Shown: positions 1 to 10,399, numbered from the stretch's first letter. The stretch: DNA of 64,000 bases from Candidatus Poribacteria bacterium (GCA_963663765.2 CAXXUA010000002.1:224001-288000), one strand, 5' to 3'. Translations and numbers: made by a program. Notes: generated by a model not told the origin, from the letters alone.

Positions 1-701
1 CCAATTGTACTCATACAAGTAATATTTTGGTCTTCCAATCCATTATTTAAAGGTATCCATGGTTGTCCAAATCCGATTGAATGCACTACTCCCTCTTCGT
101 GTGCGAGGAATAATCCTTCCTGATTTATTACCAAATCAACAACATACAGATCTAAGTCTGGATAATATGAAAAAGTATTCCATGTAACACCATCATCACT
201 TGATGAATAAAGTTCTCGTCTATCAGCTAAATAGAGTAATCCCTTCCATTCAGTCATCGGTATTGTCTGATAGGATTCTAATGGAATGCTGTTGTTAATG
301 AGTTCCCATCCACTTTTATCCTCTAAGATTCTGTAAACCCCTGTTGATGATACAGCAAATAGTATCCCTTTTGATGAAACAAATAATTCCTTTAGTTCAG
401 TGTATTCAGGTCCCTGAACCTGAGTCCAGGTGTTTCCTGCAGTCTTGGGATTAGGTTGGTTTTTCTGTTTTTCAGCAGTTATGTTAAAATCGCTTTCCGA
501 CGGTTTCGTGACAATGGTTTGGGGTTTGCTGCATGCGTTTAACAGACATAAAACCAGTATTGCACCTGAACAAACTGTTATCCAAGACATTGATGTTTTC
601 TCTCTTGATGCAGTCAACGATGTGATAATTTCAATCTTTTCCAGAATTTTCTTAGCTAAACTTGAGGAATAATGGAAGCAGTTTAAATTCTTAATAAACA
701 T
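1..701 (-). CDS. Partial (runs off window start) membrane-anchored/lipoprotein beta-propeller protein; paralog of the C-terminal part of 983..3775 but without the sigma domain
   Basis: Manual translation from ATG at 701 (AGGAGG upstream): MFIKNLNCFHYSSSLAKKILEKIE...WITVCSGAILVLCLLNACSK...NTWTQVQGPEYTELKELFVSSKGILFAVSSTGVYRI, matching NNWIQVQGPESAEINDLFVSSKGTLFAVSSTGVYRI of the neighbour. Absent from the ORF track because it has no stop in the window. Confidence 0.8.
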   Translation of the reverse strand, partial: MFIKNLNCFHYSSSLAKKILEKIEIITSLTASREKTSMSWITVCSGAILVLCLLNACSKPQTIVTKPSESDFNITAEKQKNQPNPKTAGNTWTQVQGPEYTELKELFVSSKGILFAVSSTGVYRILEDKSGWELINNSIPLESYQTIPMTEWKGLLYLADRRELYSSSDDGVTWNTFSYYPDLDLYVVDLVINQEGLFLAHEEGVVHSIGFGQPWIPLNNGLEDQNITCMSTI

Positions 702-982
702 AGAATTTTCCTCCTTCGTCTATTAGAAAGTCTTTTTAAGTCGGTTGGAATTAGAATTAGTTTGAGATCTGTATAAGAATAAAGTTATAATAAAAAGAGA
801 GCATCTATGATAAAAGAATTTATAACTATCTGATATAATTGTGCTTTTCAATATGTATTATACAACAGTTTTGTTAAATTGACGACCTTTTAGACCTTTT
901 AATTGAATATGACGCAAAAATGGAACACAAACCAAGTTTAAAATAAAAATCGTGTAATAATGTTTGAGTTTATTGAAGGTTA

Positions 983-3775
983 TCATTCTCCAATAGGAAT
1001 TTTGAGAATGCCTTTTTCTCTTGTTACAATGTAAAATTTATTGTCATGGTTAATAAACTGACGAATAAAATAATACATTGCATGAGGAAGTGCAGGAGTA
1101 ATAAGTTTCCATACTTCTTGTTTTTCTAATCTATACACCCCTTTATTAGCGACTCCGTAGATGTTTTTTCCTTCTACAAAAAACATATCTATTCCAACAT
1201 TTCTACCTTCACTATCCATAATCACATGCCATTCTTCACCAGAATCTGATGAGATTACCCCTTTTTCAGTTGCAACGTATACGTATGATTCTAATATCGT
1301 TATGTCTCTAAAAAAGTTGAATTGAATAGGTAGATCAGATGTGATATCCTTCCAGTTTTTACCACCATCAACTGATTGAATGAGATGCGTGTCTCTTCTA
1401 CCAACATAGATATTCTTATCAGATACAGCGATCCTAACACCATAATTGGTATTGCTCTTTTCAAAATCAAATTCTGTATCTGTCCATTCAGTTGCACCCA
1501 TAGTTGCTTTAAACAATCTACCGTTAGATACCAGATAGAATGTATTATTACTGTTTTCCAAAGCAATAATTCTTGGTGTATTTTGACGTTTCGATGCAAT
1601 AGTAGGTAATCCAGGAATAGGTTTTAGATCGGTTCCATCAGAAGACAAACTACAAATACGGACATTGCCTACACTATCACGAGCAAGTGCAAAAAAGGCA
1701 TCATCTACGACAGTGAATTCTGAAGGGTAATGGTCGCTGCCTTTACCAGAATCAATCTGAACGGGTATCCAGGTCTCACCACCATCAGTAGAATAGACGA
1801 TTGTATCGGGAGTTTTCGCATATAATTTATTATTGTATGAGGCTAAATCATGAATATCTGATCCTATTATACCTTTCATAAATTTATGCCATGATTCACC
1901 ACCATCAATTGAACGGTTAATCTTATACCTTCCTTGTTTATAGAAAGTATTGTCGTTTAGTGCAATCATAGGAGAATCACTATATCCATCTGCATCTTTG
2001 ACTCTACCAAGATTGGTCCAAGATTTTCCACCATCCCTTGAACGAAAGGTTTTCATGCCAATTACAAATACCGTTTCACCAGAAACAAGCATGTTTAAAT
2101 CAAATACCCTTTCAAGTGGATTGCTTGATTTGGGTGTAATATTCTCCCAAGAATCTCCCAAGTCATCTGAGCGGAAGATTTTCCAATTCATAGAAGTTCT
2201 TGTAAGCATCCCTTTGATTACACCTATTGTTATTAGATTGAATTTGTCGTTATCAACAGTTGCAACATAAAGTTTATTCTTAGAAACTTCTATTGTAGTA
2301 ACCTCTGATTTTATATTGTCTTCATTCAACCTATGCCAAGTTTGTGCCTTTAGACGATAGAGGCCATCTTCCGTACCAACAAACAAAGTGTTACCAATTG
2401 TACTCATTGAAGTTATTTTTTTGTTTTCTAATCCACTGTTTAATTGTTTCCATGGTTGTCCAGGTCCAACTGAATGGAAAACACCATTATCATTTGCTAA
2501 GAAAAATCCATCCTGATTTATTAATAATTCAACAGTAGCTCCTTTTGGAAGATTGGAAACAAAATTCCAATTAACACCATCATCATTTGATCCATATATT
2601 CCTCGATAGGTAGTAATATATAGATTTTCTTCCCATTCTGCTATTGGCATTTTGTAATAACCAATTAAAGACTTGCTGCTCTCCATGTGTTTCCAACCAC
2701 TATTATCGTCGGCAATTCTATAAACCCCAGTTGAGGAAACAGCAAAGAGTGTTCCTTTTGATGAAACAAATAAATCATTGATTTCTGCGCTTTCTGGTCC
2801 TTGAACCTGAATCCAGTTGTTTGCTTGGGTATTGTCTTCGGGTAAGATTTCTTGTGCTTCAGCAGCTAACATTAAGTCATTGTGTTCTTTTCCCAAAAGG
2901 TTATCAACACCAAACGCAATAGCATTTCCAATTTTACGCTTATTATCAGGTTTTGACTGATAATCAAATATAACAGATGCATCAACGAGTTCTATAGTTG
3001 CTTCGGATTCTGATTCCAAATCATAAGGTTTGTTGAATCGGGTTTGGTATCGTGTACTCGCACCTAACAAGCAAATGATCAATACCGCGGCTGAACATAC
3101 TGCTGCCCACGGCAACAAAGGCTTACTATTTGGTGATGGTGTCGGTTTGATGTTAGCAATTTTCTCCATTACCTTTTCAGTAAAGTTAGTTTGGAGTTGA
3201 ACGTTATTTAGTGTTTCACGAATCATGGGTTCTTCCTCCTTAAGACGTTTACGTGCCCTTCTTAATCTGCTTTTGATCGTATTTATGGATACTCCTAATA
3301 ATCTACTGATCGCATCGGATGTCATTTCTCCGATATAATGTAGAGTAACAACAGTACGTTCACTTTCGGGTAATTTACCCAAAAGTCTTTTAACGAGTTC
3401 TTGTCGTTGTTCTGCAGCAGCTACTTCACGTTGTTTCGCTAAATATTCTTCATAAGCGTTTTTGTCTAAGACTTTCTTGTTTGTGTCTTCTATAGATTGC
3501 ATAATAGGTTTCTTCCTTCTGTGCCAATCTGCACAAAGTCGACTAGTAATGACATATAACCAACCCGCAAATTGATCCGGTTTCTTTAATGTTGCGAGTT
3601 TTTTGTAAGCTTGGAGGAAAGCATCTTGTGCAATTTCTTCTGCAATCTGAAAATCTCCAATTTTCCGCCATGCAAGGGCATGTATACCTTTTTGGTATTT
3701 TTCAACCAAGATACCAAAAGCTTTATCGTCACCAGATAGTATGTTGTGAATCAATGCAACATCGTCATTTTTCAT
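983..3775 (-). CDS. ECF sigma factor fused to a TM helix and an extracytoplasmic BNR/Ycf48-like beta-propeller
   Basis: N-terminal sigma region 2 (AEEIAQDAFLQAY...FAGWLY) and region 4 (LPESERTVVTLHY...SINTIKSRLRRARKRL); hydrophobic segment WAAVCSAAVLIICLLG; repeated S-x-D-G-G-x-x-W (BNR) motifs. Confidence 0.9.
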   Translation of the reverse strand: MKNDDVALIHNILSGDDKAFGILVEKYQKGIHALAWRKIGDFQIAEEIAQDAFLQAYKKLATLKKPDQFAGWLYVITSRLCADWHRRKKPIMQSIEDTNKKVLDKNAYEEYLAKQREVAAAEQRQELVKRLLGKLPESERTVVTLHYIGEMTSDAISRLLGVSINTIKSRLRRARKRLKEEEPMIRETLNNVQLQTNFTEKVMEKIANIKPTPSPNSKPLLPWAAVCSAAVLIICLLGASTRYQTRFNKPYDLESESEATIELVDASVIFDYQSKPDNKRKIGNAIAFGVDNLLGKEHNDLMLAAEAQEILPEDNTQANNWIQVQGPESAEINDLFVSSKGTLFAVSSTGVYRIADDNSGWKHMESSKSLIGYYKMPIAEWEENLYITTYRGIYGSNDDGVNWNFVSNLPKGATVELLINQDGFFLANDNGVFHSVGPGQPWKQLNSGLENKKITSMSTIGNTLFVGTEDGLYRLKAQTWHRLNEDNIKSEVTTIEVSKNKLYVATVDNDKFNLITIGVIKGMLTRTSMNWKIFRSDDLGDSWENITPKSSNPLERVFDLNMLVSGETVFVIGMKTFRSRDGGKSWTNLGRVKDADGYSDSPMIALNDNTFYKQGRYKINRSIDGGESWHKFMKGIIGSDIHDLASYNNKLYAKTPDTIVYSTDGGETWIPVQIDSGKGSDHYPSEFTVVDDAFFALARDSVGNVRICSLSSDGTDLKPIPGLPTIASKRQNTPRIIALENSNNTFYLVSNGRLFKATMGATEWTDTEFDFEKSNTNYGVRIAVSDKNIYVGRRDTHLIQSVDGGKNWKDITSDLPIQFNFFRDITILESYVYVATEKGVISSDSGEEWHVIMDSEGRNVGIDMFFVEGKNIYGVANKGVYRLEKQEVWKLITPALPHAMYYFIRQFINHDNKFYIVTREKGILKIPIGE

Positions 3776-4034
3776 CGAACTCCTCCAACATTTTTTGTTT
3801 ACGATATATAGTGACGTAAATTAGAAGTGAAAAAGGTGCAAAATCTAAAGAAAATACGTAAAATGATCCATACAATTATTCTGTAAATGCTAATTTAACG
3901 AATTGTGTTAGTTAACTTACGGTATGAATCATGCCATACGCGCATGCTTCTTTAGACATTCCCCACCTACTGTTTTTGCGTAAGTCCTGTTCAATATTCT
4001 ACTATAGTTTAATTCATTTGAAAGCATTTCAACA

Positions 4035-4994
4035 TCAGAGGTTATATCTCTGAACTGCGTGCAATGATACTCGTCGTATTTCATCTAACTCCTGCGGACT
4101 AAAGACACCAGCACGATAAAGATTTCTATACTCCTCAGAAACACTTTGACCAAAAATCATCAGATCGTCAGTATTAATTGTAACAGGGACACCATTGTCA
4201 TACAGAATTCGTATTGGATGACAAGCCAAGTTCTCCACACTTCCCAACATAACGTTACTGGTTGGACAAACATTTAATTGTACACTGTTATTAGATAGCC
4301 ATCGCATGACTTCCGATGATTCTGCTGCTGCAATACCATGTTGCACCTCATCTAACTCAAGAACTTCGATAGTACGACGAATTTCTTCAGCACCATTGAA
4401 TTCACCAACATGGGCTTTCAACTTCATATTTGCTACACGTGCTTTTGCATAAAGTGATTTTACATCTTCTGGACGACACGCTTCTTGATGGCTATATAAA
4501 TCTATTGACTTAAACACGTCAGTTTCAATTGCATTTTCTGCTAAGTTCGTCAACCTTAAATCACCAGCACATCCTCGAGCAAAACCAAGTTCTGGGCGCA
4601 AATCAATTCTTGAACTATACCTTACAACTAAGTCAGTCACAAAATTGCAAAATTCAGATAACCCATTAGCATAAAAATCTGATATACGGATGTCAAAACT
4701 CATTTCAAGCATTACGACACCATCCAGTATTGCATCATCTAAAGCAGATTTTACTATGAACTCAAAACCTTGTTGGTGTCTTATATGGGGCATAAGAACA
4801 CTTCCCGCGTATTCAAGCATTCTCTCAAGTCCGTCCATTGCAATAGGAGGTCTTGTTAGTTCTTTTCCTAACCAGCGCTGAACATTATCTAAACGCGTAC
4901 TGAACATTGCGTGGTTATGTACATCTGTTTTTGGAACAGCCTTAATAGCTTCGAGATCATCTGAAATCAGTGCTTCAATGAAATTATCGCTCAT
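4035..4994 (-). CDS. Adenosine deaminase-family amidohydrolase
   Basis: PKTDVHNH, AHVGE, QHG, VCPTSN, INTDD motifs; start moved to MSDNF, which overlaps the upstream stop. Confidence 0.85.
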   Translation of the reverse strand: MSDNFIEALISDDLEAIKAVPKTDVHNHAMFSTRLDNVQRWLGKELTRPPIAMDGLERMLEYAGSVLMPHIRHQQGFEFIVKSALDDAILDGVVMLEMSFDIRISDFYANGLSEFCNFVTDLVVRYSSRIDLRPELGFARGCAGDLRLTNLAENAIETDVFKSIDLYSHQEACRPEDVKSLYAKARVANMKLKAHVGEFNGAEEIRRTIEVLELDEVQHGIAAAESSEVMRWLSNNSVQLNVCPTSNVMLGSVENLACHPIRILYDNGVPVTINTDDLMIFGQSVSEEYRNLYRAGVFSPQELDEIRRVSLHAVQRYNL

Positions 4995-7257
4995 AGTTTT
5001 TGTAGTTATTGAAATTAACATAATACTCACGCGGTTCAGAGAAATCAGCAAGCACCTTTGATCCAACTCTTAGATATCTTGCATTGAGCAATATGAAATC
5101 ATTTCCCCGTAATAACAGGTATTCTCCCTCAAATTCTATTTCTCTATTTAAATCATTAACAGACATTTTTGCATACCCATCATCAGAAATCAAAATAGTA
5201 TCTGTAATTCCATTTGACTGAACTTGAAAGCCGGTAGCTAAAACATCCACATCAGAACAGACAGGAATTGGACAGATAGTAGGTTTATGGTCATCATTAT
5301 GTTTCATAGGATACATGAATGTATTCATAACAACAGGAAACTCACATCTGACATGATAAGTAAGTTTATTCCCATCTAAACTCACATCAAGATTGTCTGA
5401 GATTGCTGGTGCCATGAAAAGATTACTACAGTCTTTTTCTTGCGTCCAGAACTGTCCGTTTTTTTGTAGAACATAAGGTGTTGTTTGCTTTTCCTGTGAT
5501 GTTTCAATATGGAAAACCTGTTCCAGTGAATGTTCCCCGTCCCCAAGTATCAAATCATGTAATATGTAGTATTCACCTTTAATGTAAAAAATGGAACGTC
5601 TATGATGAAAATCTTCTGATTTTTTTTCGCCTGCTACAAAGTCAAATGAAGTGTTAGTAATCCAGCGCGTATCTGGATCAGGGATGTTTCTGGATTCTTT
5701 GTTTTCCCTTTGAGTCTGGCTTAATCCATCAATTAAAACAGTGTTAATGAATGCATCATCAGCATTTCCAATATCTTTTTGAATGTTCTCAGTTATCACC
5801 TGTCTACCATGTGCAAATAGTGTAAAACTCAGCCTATTATCATATCTCTGTTTACCTATTGGACCGCTGTGAAAACAGAGGTATTGTGCATTAGGATTCC
5901 AACTATCTCTCATGACAAAAATACCCGAAAAGAGAAAGGCATAAGATTTTTCAGACGGTTCAATTCCATGTTTTCTTAAAGAATGAATGTATTGGAATTC
6001 GCTGAGATTAGATAATTTGCTGTTACCTAATACAACAGCATCTAAATTGTCACAAACAGGGGTAGTAACCCATTTTGGAAAAGACAGATTGGGTAGAGAT
6101 ATGTAAATGCTTGCTTGTAACTGCTTTTCCAAGCAAGTCTTCATTTCTGAAACACATTCAGTTTTGTTAGGATGCTTTACTTGATCATAAATATACAAGA
6201 ACCTTGAGAAACTGTTAATTGAATCTATTTGAGTATTAAGGAGTTTGTCTTTATGAAATCCGTCAGGATAGAAGAACGACTCTACTATCCACTTGAAACG
6301 TCGTAATGCAAATGTTAGTAACTGTTCACTAACGCGAAATTCGGGGAATAGCAAGGCAGCAATGCCTATTTCTGTCGTAGAATATAAAGCTGGTGACGGG
6401 TAGATTGATGTTTTCAGCAAGCATTCAAGATATGTTTTGGCTGCACTATATGATAATGTATTATTAACATAAGATATATCTACAAGCACATTTTTATGTT
6501 CATTTCTGTAGTTCGTATATGCAAATTTTGCTTCAGTATACTTCCCTTTTGATATTGCTGATTTGACATCTTCTAATCCATCATAATCCAAATTGAGATA
6601 ACGAAAAAAGTCAGTATCTTCTAAAGGAAAGGTGCGTATATTTTTGTGTCTAAATTTTCGTTCCAATACTTTGTTATAGTTTTCAATTGCAGATTCAAGA
6701 ATTTGCAGGTTCAAACTACTACCAAGTGAAAACGCTACATCAATTGGTATCGTTATGTGAGTATCTGATGATGTTGGATGTACTTCAGAAAGATTAGCAG
6801 CAATACGTCCAAAACCAGCAAGTCTCCATAGTACTGCTTGTGGCAACACTGAGCAGACACAACCTGCTAAAGCCAAACTGCTACCTGCTACCAATTTTTC
6901 ACGAGGTGTTGATGCTATCGGATATGTCCATAAGTATTCTATGTGTTCAAAGAGGATTCGGCTAAGTTGTACCAAATCAGTTTCATCCAAAGTCTCATGA
7001 GCAGCAATTGCAAGTGCTTCAATTATGCGTGCTGAAACAGATTCTATTTGCCATGCTGAATATTGTTTAGAAAAAACAACAGGAGTATGATGTTCCTCTG
7101 AAAAGGTCAAGAGTTCTTCGAAGTCTGCAATCGGCTGAAACTGATCAATTATAGGTATCTCTCTTTTAGCAAGTATTGATGCTAAAAGTGAAATATCTTC
7201 TGTTTCAAACGTCGTAAATTTTCCTGACAACATAATTGTACACGCTCTTGACTTCAT
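4984..7257 (-). CDS. Heparinase II/III-like protein, degenerate (start may be 7233)
   Basis: C-terminal SGIFVMRDSWNPNAQYLCFHSGP...LSFTLFAHG...NTVLIDG...HRRSIFYIKGEYYILHDLI pattern of the heparinase II/III C-terminal domain. Confidence 0.7.
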   Translation of the reverse strand: MKSRACTIMLSGKFTTFETEDISLLASILAKREIPIIDQFQPIADFEELLTFSEEHHTPVVFSKQYSAWQIESVSARIIEALAIAAHETLDETDLVQLSRILFEHIEYLWTYPIASTPREKLVAGSSLALAGCVCSVLPQAVLWRLAGFGRIAANLSEVHPTSSDTHITIPIDVAFSLGSSLNLQILESAIENYNKVLERKFRHKNIRTFPLEDTDFFRYLNLDYDGLEDVKSAISKGKYTEAKFAYTNYRNEHKNVLVDISYVNNTLSYSAAKTYLECLLKTSIYPSPALYSTTEIGIAALLFPEFRVSEQLLTFALRRFKWIVESFFYPDGFHKDKLLNTQIDSINSFSRFLYIYDQVKHPNKTECVSEMKTCLEKQLQASIYISLPNLSFPKWVTTPVCDNLDAVVLGNSKLSNLSEFQYIHSLRKHGIEPSEKSYAFLFSGIFVMRDSWNPNAQYLCFHSGPIGKQRYDNRLSFTLFAHGRQVITENIQKDIGNADDAFINTVLIDGLSQTQRENKESRNIPDPDTRWITNTSFDFVAGEKKSEDFHHRRSIFYIKGEYYILHDLILGDGEHSLEQVFHIETSQEKQTTPYVLQKNGQFWTQEKDCSNLFMAPAISDNLDVSLDGNKLTYHVRCEFPVVMNTFMYPMKHNDDHKPTICPIPVCSDVDVLATGFQVQSNGITDTILISDDGYAKMSVNDLNREIEFEGEYLLLRGNDFILLNARYLRVGSKVLADFSEPREYYVNFNNYKNYER

Positions 7258-7300
7258 TTATCCTGTGTGGTATAATAGCAATATTCAGAAGATTTGTCAA
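7248..7300. promoter_or_regulatory. Overlapping divergent sigma70-type promoters sharing a -10 region
   Basis: + strand TTGACT(7248)-N17-TATAAT(7271); - strand TTGACA(7300-7295)-N17-TATTAT(7277-7272). Confidence 0.6.
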
Positions 7301-7386
7301 AGTACGCTTGGATTCTGATTGATTTGATGATCTTACATTTTTTTCAATGAACTTACTAACTTTGGCATACATATTAGGAGTTTTAC

Positions 7387-7758
7387 ATGGCATATACATT
7401 TCATCATATACATCTCAGATGTGAAGACCTTGACGGTGCTATAGACTACTATCAAAAAATGTTTGATGGCGAAATAATTGATACTGTTGAAGTTCGCGGT
7501 TTAAAAATAGTTAAAATGGAAGTAGGGGGACAAAACATTTTCCTTTCACCAAAATTTGGAGAAATGGACGTAGAAGCCACAAGCGGCAAGCCCCGTTGGG
7601 GAGTCTATCAACTTGCATTTACAGTAGAAGACCTTGATGCTGCGGTTGCTGAACTACAGAAAAAAGGGGCAGAACTTGAAGACCTGAAACCAGAAGGACT
7701 CATGATGGCGTTTTTCAAAGGACCAGACAACGTTCAAATTGAACTCATTGAAGTATAA
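7387..7758 (+). CDS. VOC/glyoxalase-family protein
   Basis: FHHIHLRCEDLD...YQLAFTVEDLDAA...FFKGPDNVQIELIE. Confidence 0.85.
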   Translation: MAYTFHHIHLRCEDLDGAIDYYQKMFDGEIIDTVEVRGLKIVKMEVGGQNIFLSPKFGEMDVEATSGKPRWGVYQLAFTVEDLDAAVAELQKKGAELEDLKPEGLMMAFFKGPDNVQIELIEV

Positions 7759-7813
7759 AGAAAGTGATTGATTCCAGTTGTGATCTTACAACCGATTTTC
7801 GTTGAGTATCCCG

Positions 7814-8494
7814 ATGAAATACAGCGAAATATTCCATACAATTCAAGGGGAAGGTATACTAATAGGAGTTCCGTCTGTTTTCTTTCGGACAAGTTACTGC
7901 AATTTAAGATGTTCGTGGTGCGATACGCCTTACACTTCGTGGACGCCAGAAAATAGGGATATTTCTATTGCAGAAAGCGTACAATCAATAGCAGAATTCA
8001 ATTGCAAGCATGTCGTTATTACAGGTGGAGAACCGTTCATCCAAACTAAGGAACTAACAGACTTATGTCGTGAATTATATAAATTAGAACACCACATAAC
8101 AATTGAAACGAATGCGACCGTCTTTGCTGATGTTGATGCACACCTAATTTCAATGAGTCCCAAGTTGCGAAACTCAAATCCTCCTATTGACAATCGGTTT
8201 TACAAAATGCACGAACGCGAACGTATCTGTCCTGATGTTATCCGTATGTTCTTAGATTCTTATCCTTGCCAGGTGAAGTTTGTCGTTGATTCACCAGACG
8301 ATCTCGCGGAAATACGTTTACTGCAGAAGAATATCCAAATTCCGACTGAAACAATTCTGCTAATGCCGCAAGGAAAATCAACCAAAGTCTTGAATCAAAA
8401 ACAGGAGTGGTTAGTTGATATCTGTAAAGAAAACGGTTATCGTTATTCTCCACGTGTGCATGTTGACATCTGGGGTGAAAAGCGCGGTGTATAA
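7814..8494 (+). CDS. queE: 7-carboxy-7-deazaguanine synthase (radical SAM)
   Basis: EIFHTIQGEG, CNLRCSWCDT, VVITGGEP, IETN, SPK motifs. Confidence 0.9.
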   Translation: MKYSEIFHTIQGEGILIGVPSVFFRTSYCNLRCSWCDTPYTSWTPENRDISIAESVQSIAEFNCKHVVITGGEPFIQTKELTDLCRELYKLEHHITIETNATVFADVDAHLISMSPKLRNSNPPIDNRFYKMHERERICPDVIRMFLDSYPCQVKFVVDSPDDLAEIRLLQKNIQIPTETILLMPQGKSTKVLNQKQEWLVDICKENGYRYSPRVHVDIWGEKRGV

Positions 8495-8542
8495 AATCAT
8501 TTACAATATAAACTTGAACTGAAGTGAAGGAAAAGACTATAT

Positions 8543-8950
8543 ATGTCTCTCATAGCACAAAAAATAAGTGGTTGTTACAGGCGAGTTCTTGTTTTTCTTG
8601 TCCTGATTCTCTTTGTCGGTGTAGGTCTCGGTTTCATCGTTTACAATCGCGTTGGTGGTCCTGTAGGATTCAGATATTGGACTGCAATACGTGCGTTAAA
8701 TGGCACTGAAAAACTGCTAATTAAAAACAGACCTGACGGTGTCTCGCAAGAGGAAGTAGAAGAACAATTTGAGACAGTGAGAGAAGCAATTCATAGCAGA
8801 GAGATTGACTTAATTTTGTTGTATGAGACACTCAATACATTTGCTATTAAATTTCGCACGCCAGGATTAGCCTCTGACACTAAACCATCTACACCGGAAG
8901 TAGAAGCATTTCTTACAGAACTTGAAAATACTGTAATCCCAGAAGAATGA
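8543..8950 (+). CDS. Hypothetical single-TM protein
   Basis: 135 aa ORF with an N-terminal hydrophobic helix, same strand as queE. Confidence 0.65.
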   Translation: MSLIAQKISGCYRRVLVFLVLILFVGVGLGFIVYNRVGGPVGFRYWTAIRALNGTEKLLIKNRPDGVSQEEVEEQFETVREAIHSREIDLILLYETLNTFAIKFRTPGLASDTKPSTPEVEAFLTELENTVIPEE

Positions 8951-8987
8951 TTACTTGGTGAACAATCCAATTGTAATGAGAATAGAT

Positions 8988-10061
8988 CTATGTTATATCC
9001 ATACAAAATTCCGCGATCATATTACGAATTTGGTTAATGTAAATATCATCACTCAATGCAGTGTTTATCAACAATGAAATTGCACGTTGTATCCTCAATC
9101 GTAAATCTCCCCATGCATCCACTAATAACTGACTTTCAGTTGCATCTGGTCTTGTTTGTGCGTGTAAAATCCTATTAATTATAGTAAGATAGGATAGTAA
9201 ATGATGACCATCTACGCGCGCAGAAACCTCATTTGTATAACATTTTTCTCGATTGTGGATTACCCATTCCGAATAAGTTCTAACTAATTCACGGTTCAGT
9301 AAGGATATAAAGTTACCATCCTCTTGAAATGCGCCAATACTGGTAAAATGTTGTACTAACCTGCGTTCCTGCCAATCCCACCCAATGCTTGCAAAATCTA
9401 TTAAATAAGGCACATCACCATTGATGACGATATTATTTCCTTGGTAGTCAAGACTGTCCAATGTTGTAGGTGCTTTCAGAAGAGTATTTGAAAGATTGTT
9501 CCATGCGGAATCAAGGTGGTCTAATTGTGAAGCAGTGAGTGGATTCTTCTGTAGATGTGCAAGATATCCAACTGTTTTCCTTCCCTGATCCAGTAAACTC
9601 TGCAGAATACTATGTGCATCAAATTGAAAAACATACGGCAAATACTGTGTCTTATTCTCAACAAAATGGGTTTCAATACGACATAGTTGTTTAATGATAT
9701 TATGCAACAATGGAGTAAGGTTTGATGTTGAACAATTCTGTGCAAAAGAATCAAGTGTCTCATCTCCAACCCATTCCAACAAGAGTGTCCGATGATTTTC
9801 CGATTCCCAAATCAGTTGCGGCACAGCACAGTCGCCGTTATGAAGCGAAGAAAGTGTAAACTTCTCAATCTGAAATGGAGTCATACCTGCTTTAGTTACC
9901 GGTTCAGTATTATCATGTTGTTTAAGTAGAAAATGCTTGTCTCTGATTCTCAGTCGGTGGACGTTCTGCTTTTCACGATTCCCGTGTAGAATCTTTTCAA
10001 TAATAATTTCAGTAGGTTTTATTTGAAAGTGATTCGCGATTTTATGTAATACTTCCTGCAT
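8988..10061 (-). CDS. Aminoglycoside phosphotransferase/choline kinase-like protein
   Basis: FLLK, LDYQGNNIV (Brenner-like) and LIDF motifs; GGAGG RBS. Confidence 0.65.
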   Translation of the reverse strand: MQEVLHKIANHFQIKPTEIIIEKILHGNREKQNVHRLRIRDKHFLLKQHDNTEPVTKAGMTPFQIEKFTLSSLHNGDCAVPQLIWESENHRTLLLEWVGDETLDSFAQNCSTSNLTPLLHNIIKQLCRIETHFVENKTQYLPYVFQFDAHSILQSLLDQGRKTVGYLAHLQKNPLTASQLDHLDSAWNNLSNTLLKAPTTLDSLDYQGNNIVINGDVPYLIDFASIGWDWQERRLVQHFTSIGAFQEDGNFISLLNRELVRTYSEWVIHNREKCYTNEVSARVDGHHLLSYLTIINRILHAQTRPDATESQLLVDAWGDLRLRIQRAISLLINTALSDDIYINQIRNMIAEFCMDIT

Positions 10062-10081
10062 ATCTGTCCTCCAGATACGTA

Positions 10082-10399
10082 TGGTAAATTATGGAATTAA
10101 TTACACACTTGCACAGGTAGGAGCGACCTCCCGGTCGCGACCGTCCACTGAGTAGGTAGGAGCGACCTCCCGGTCGCGACCGTCCCCTGAGTAGGTAGGA
10201 GCGACCTCCCGGTCGCGACCGTCCACTGAGTGGGTAGGAACGACCTCCCGGTCACGACCGTATGGAGACCATGTATAAAAACAGTCGTGACAAGTAAATC
10301 AACGGTATGAATGCGCCTATGGCATTCCCCGGGTCGCTCCTACCAAATAAAAGAATAGAATACTTAGTAGAAATGTAAACTTATTTTCAAATTTCACCA
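10082..10399. mobile_element. MITE-like element G (imperfect TIRs, TA flanks) carrying a REP tandem array
   Basis: Left end TGGTAAATTATGGAATTAATTACACA vs reverse complement of right end TGGTGAAATTTGAAAATAAGTTTACA; TA at 10080-81 and 10400-01. Confidence 0.55.
10116..10260 (+). repeat. Tandem array of about 3.7 x 39-bp GTAG-type REP unit
   Basis: GGTAGGAGCGACCTCCCGGTCGCGACCGTCCACTGAGTA units start at 10116, 10155, 10194, 10233; inverted partial copy ends at 10344. Confidence 0.9.

Noticed and set aside
7277-7386. preQ1 riboswitch ahead of the VOC-queE unit
   Set aside because: No recognisable preQ1 stem-loop with A-rich tail.
10116-10260. CRISPR array
   Set aside because: Linkers are about 12 bp and nearly identical, there are no cas genes, and the same unit occurs as a dispersed REP at 43197, 43354 and about 55288.
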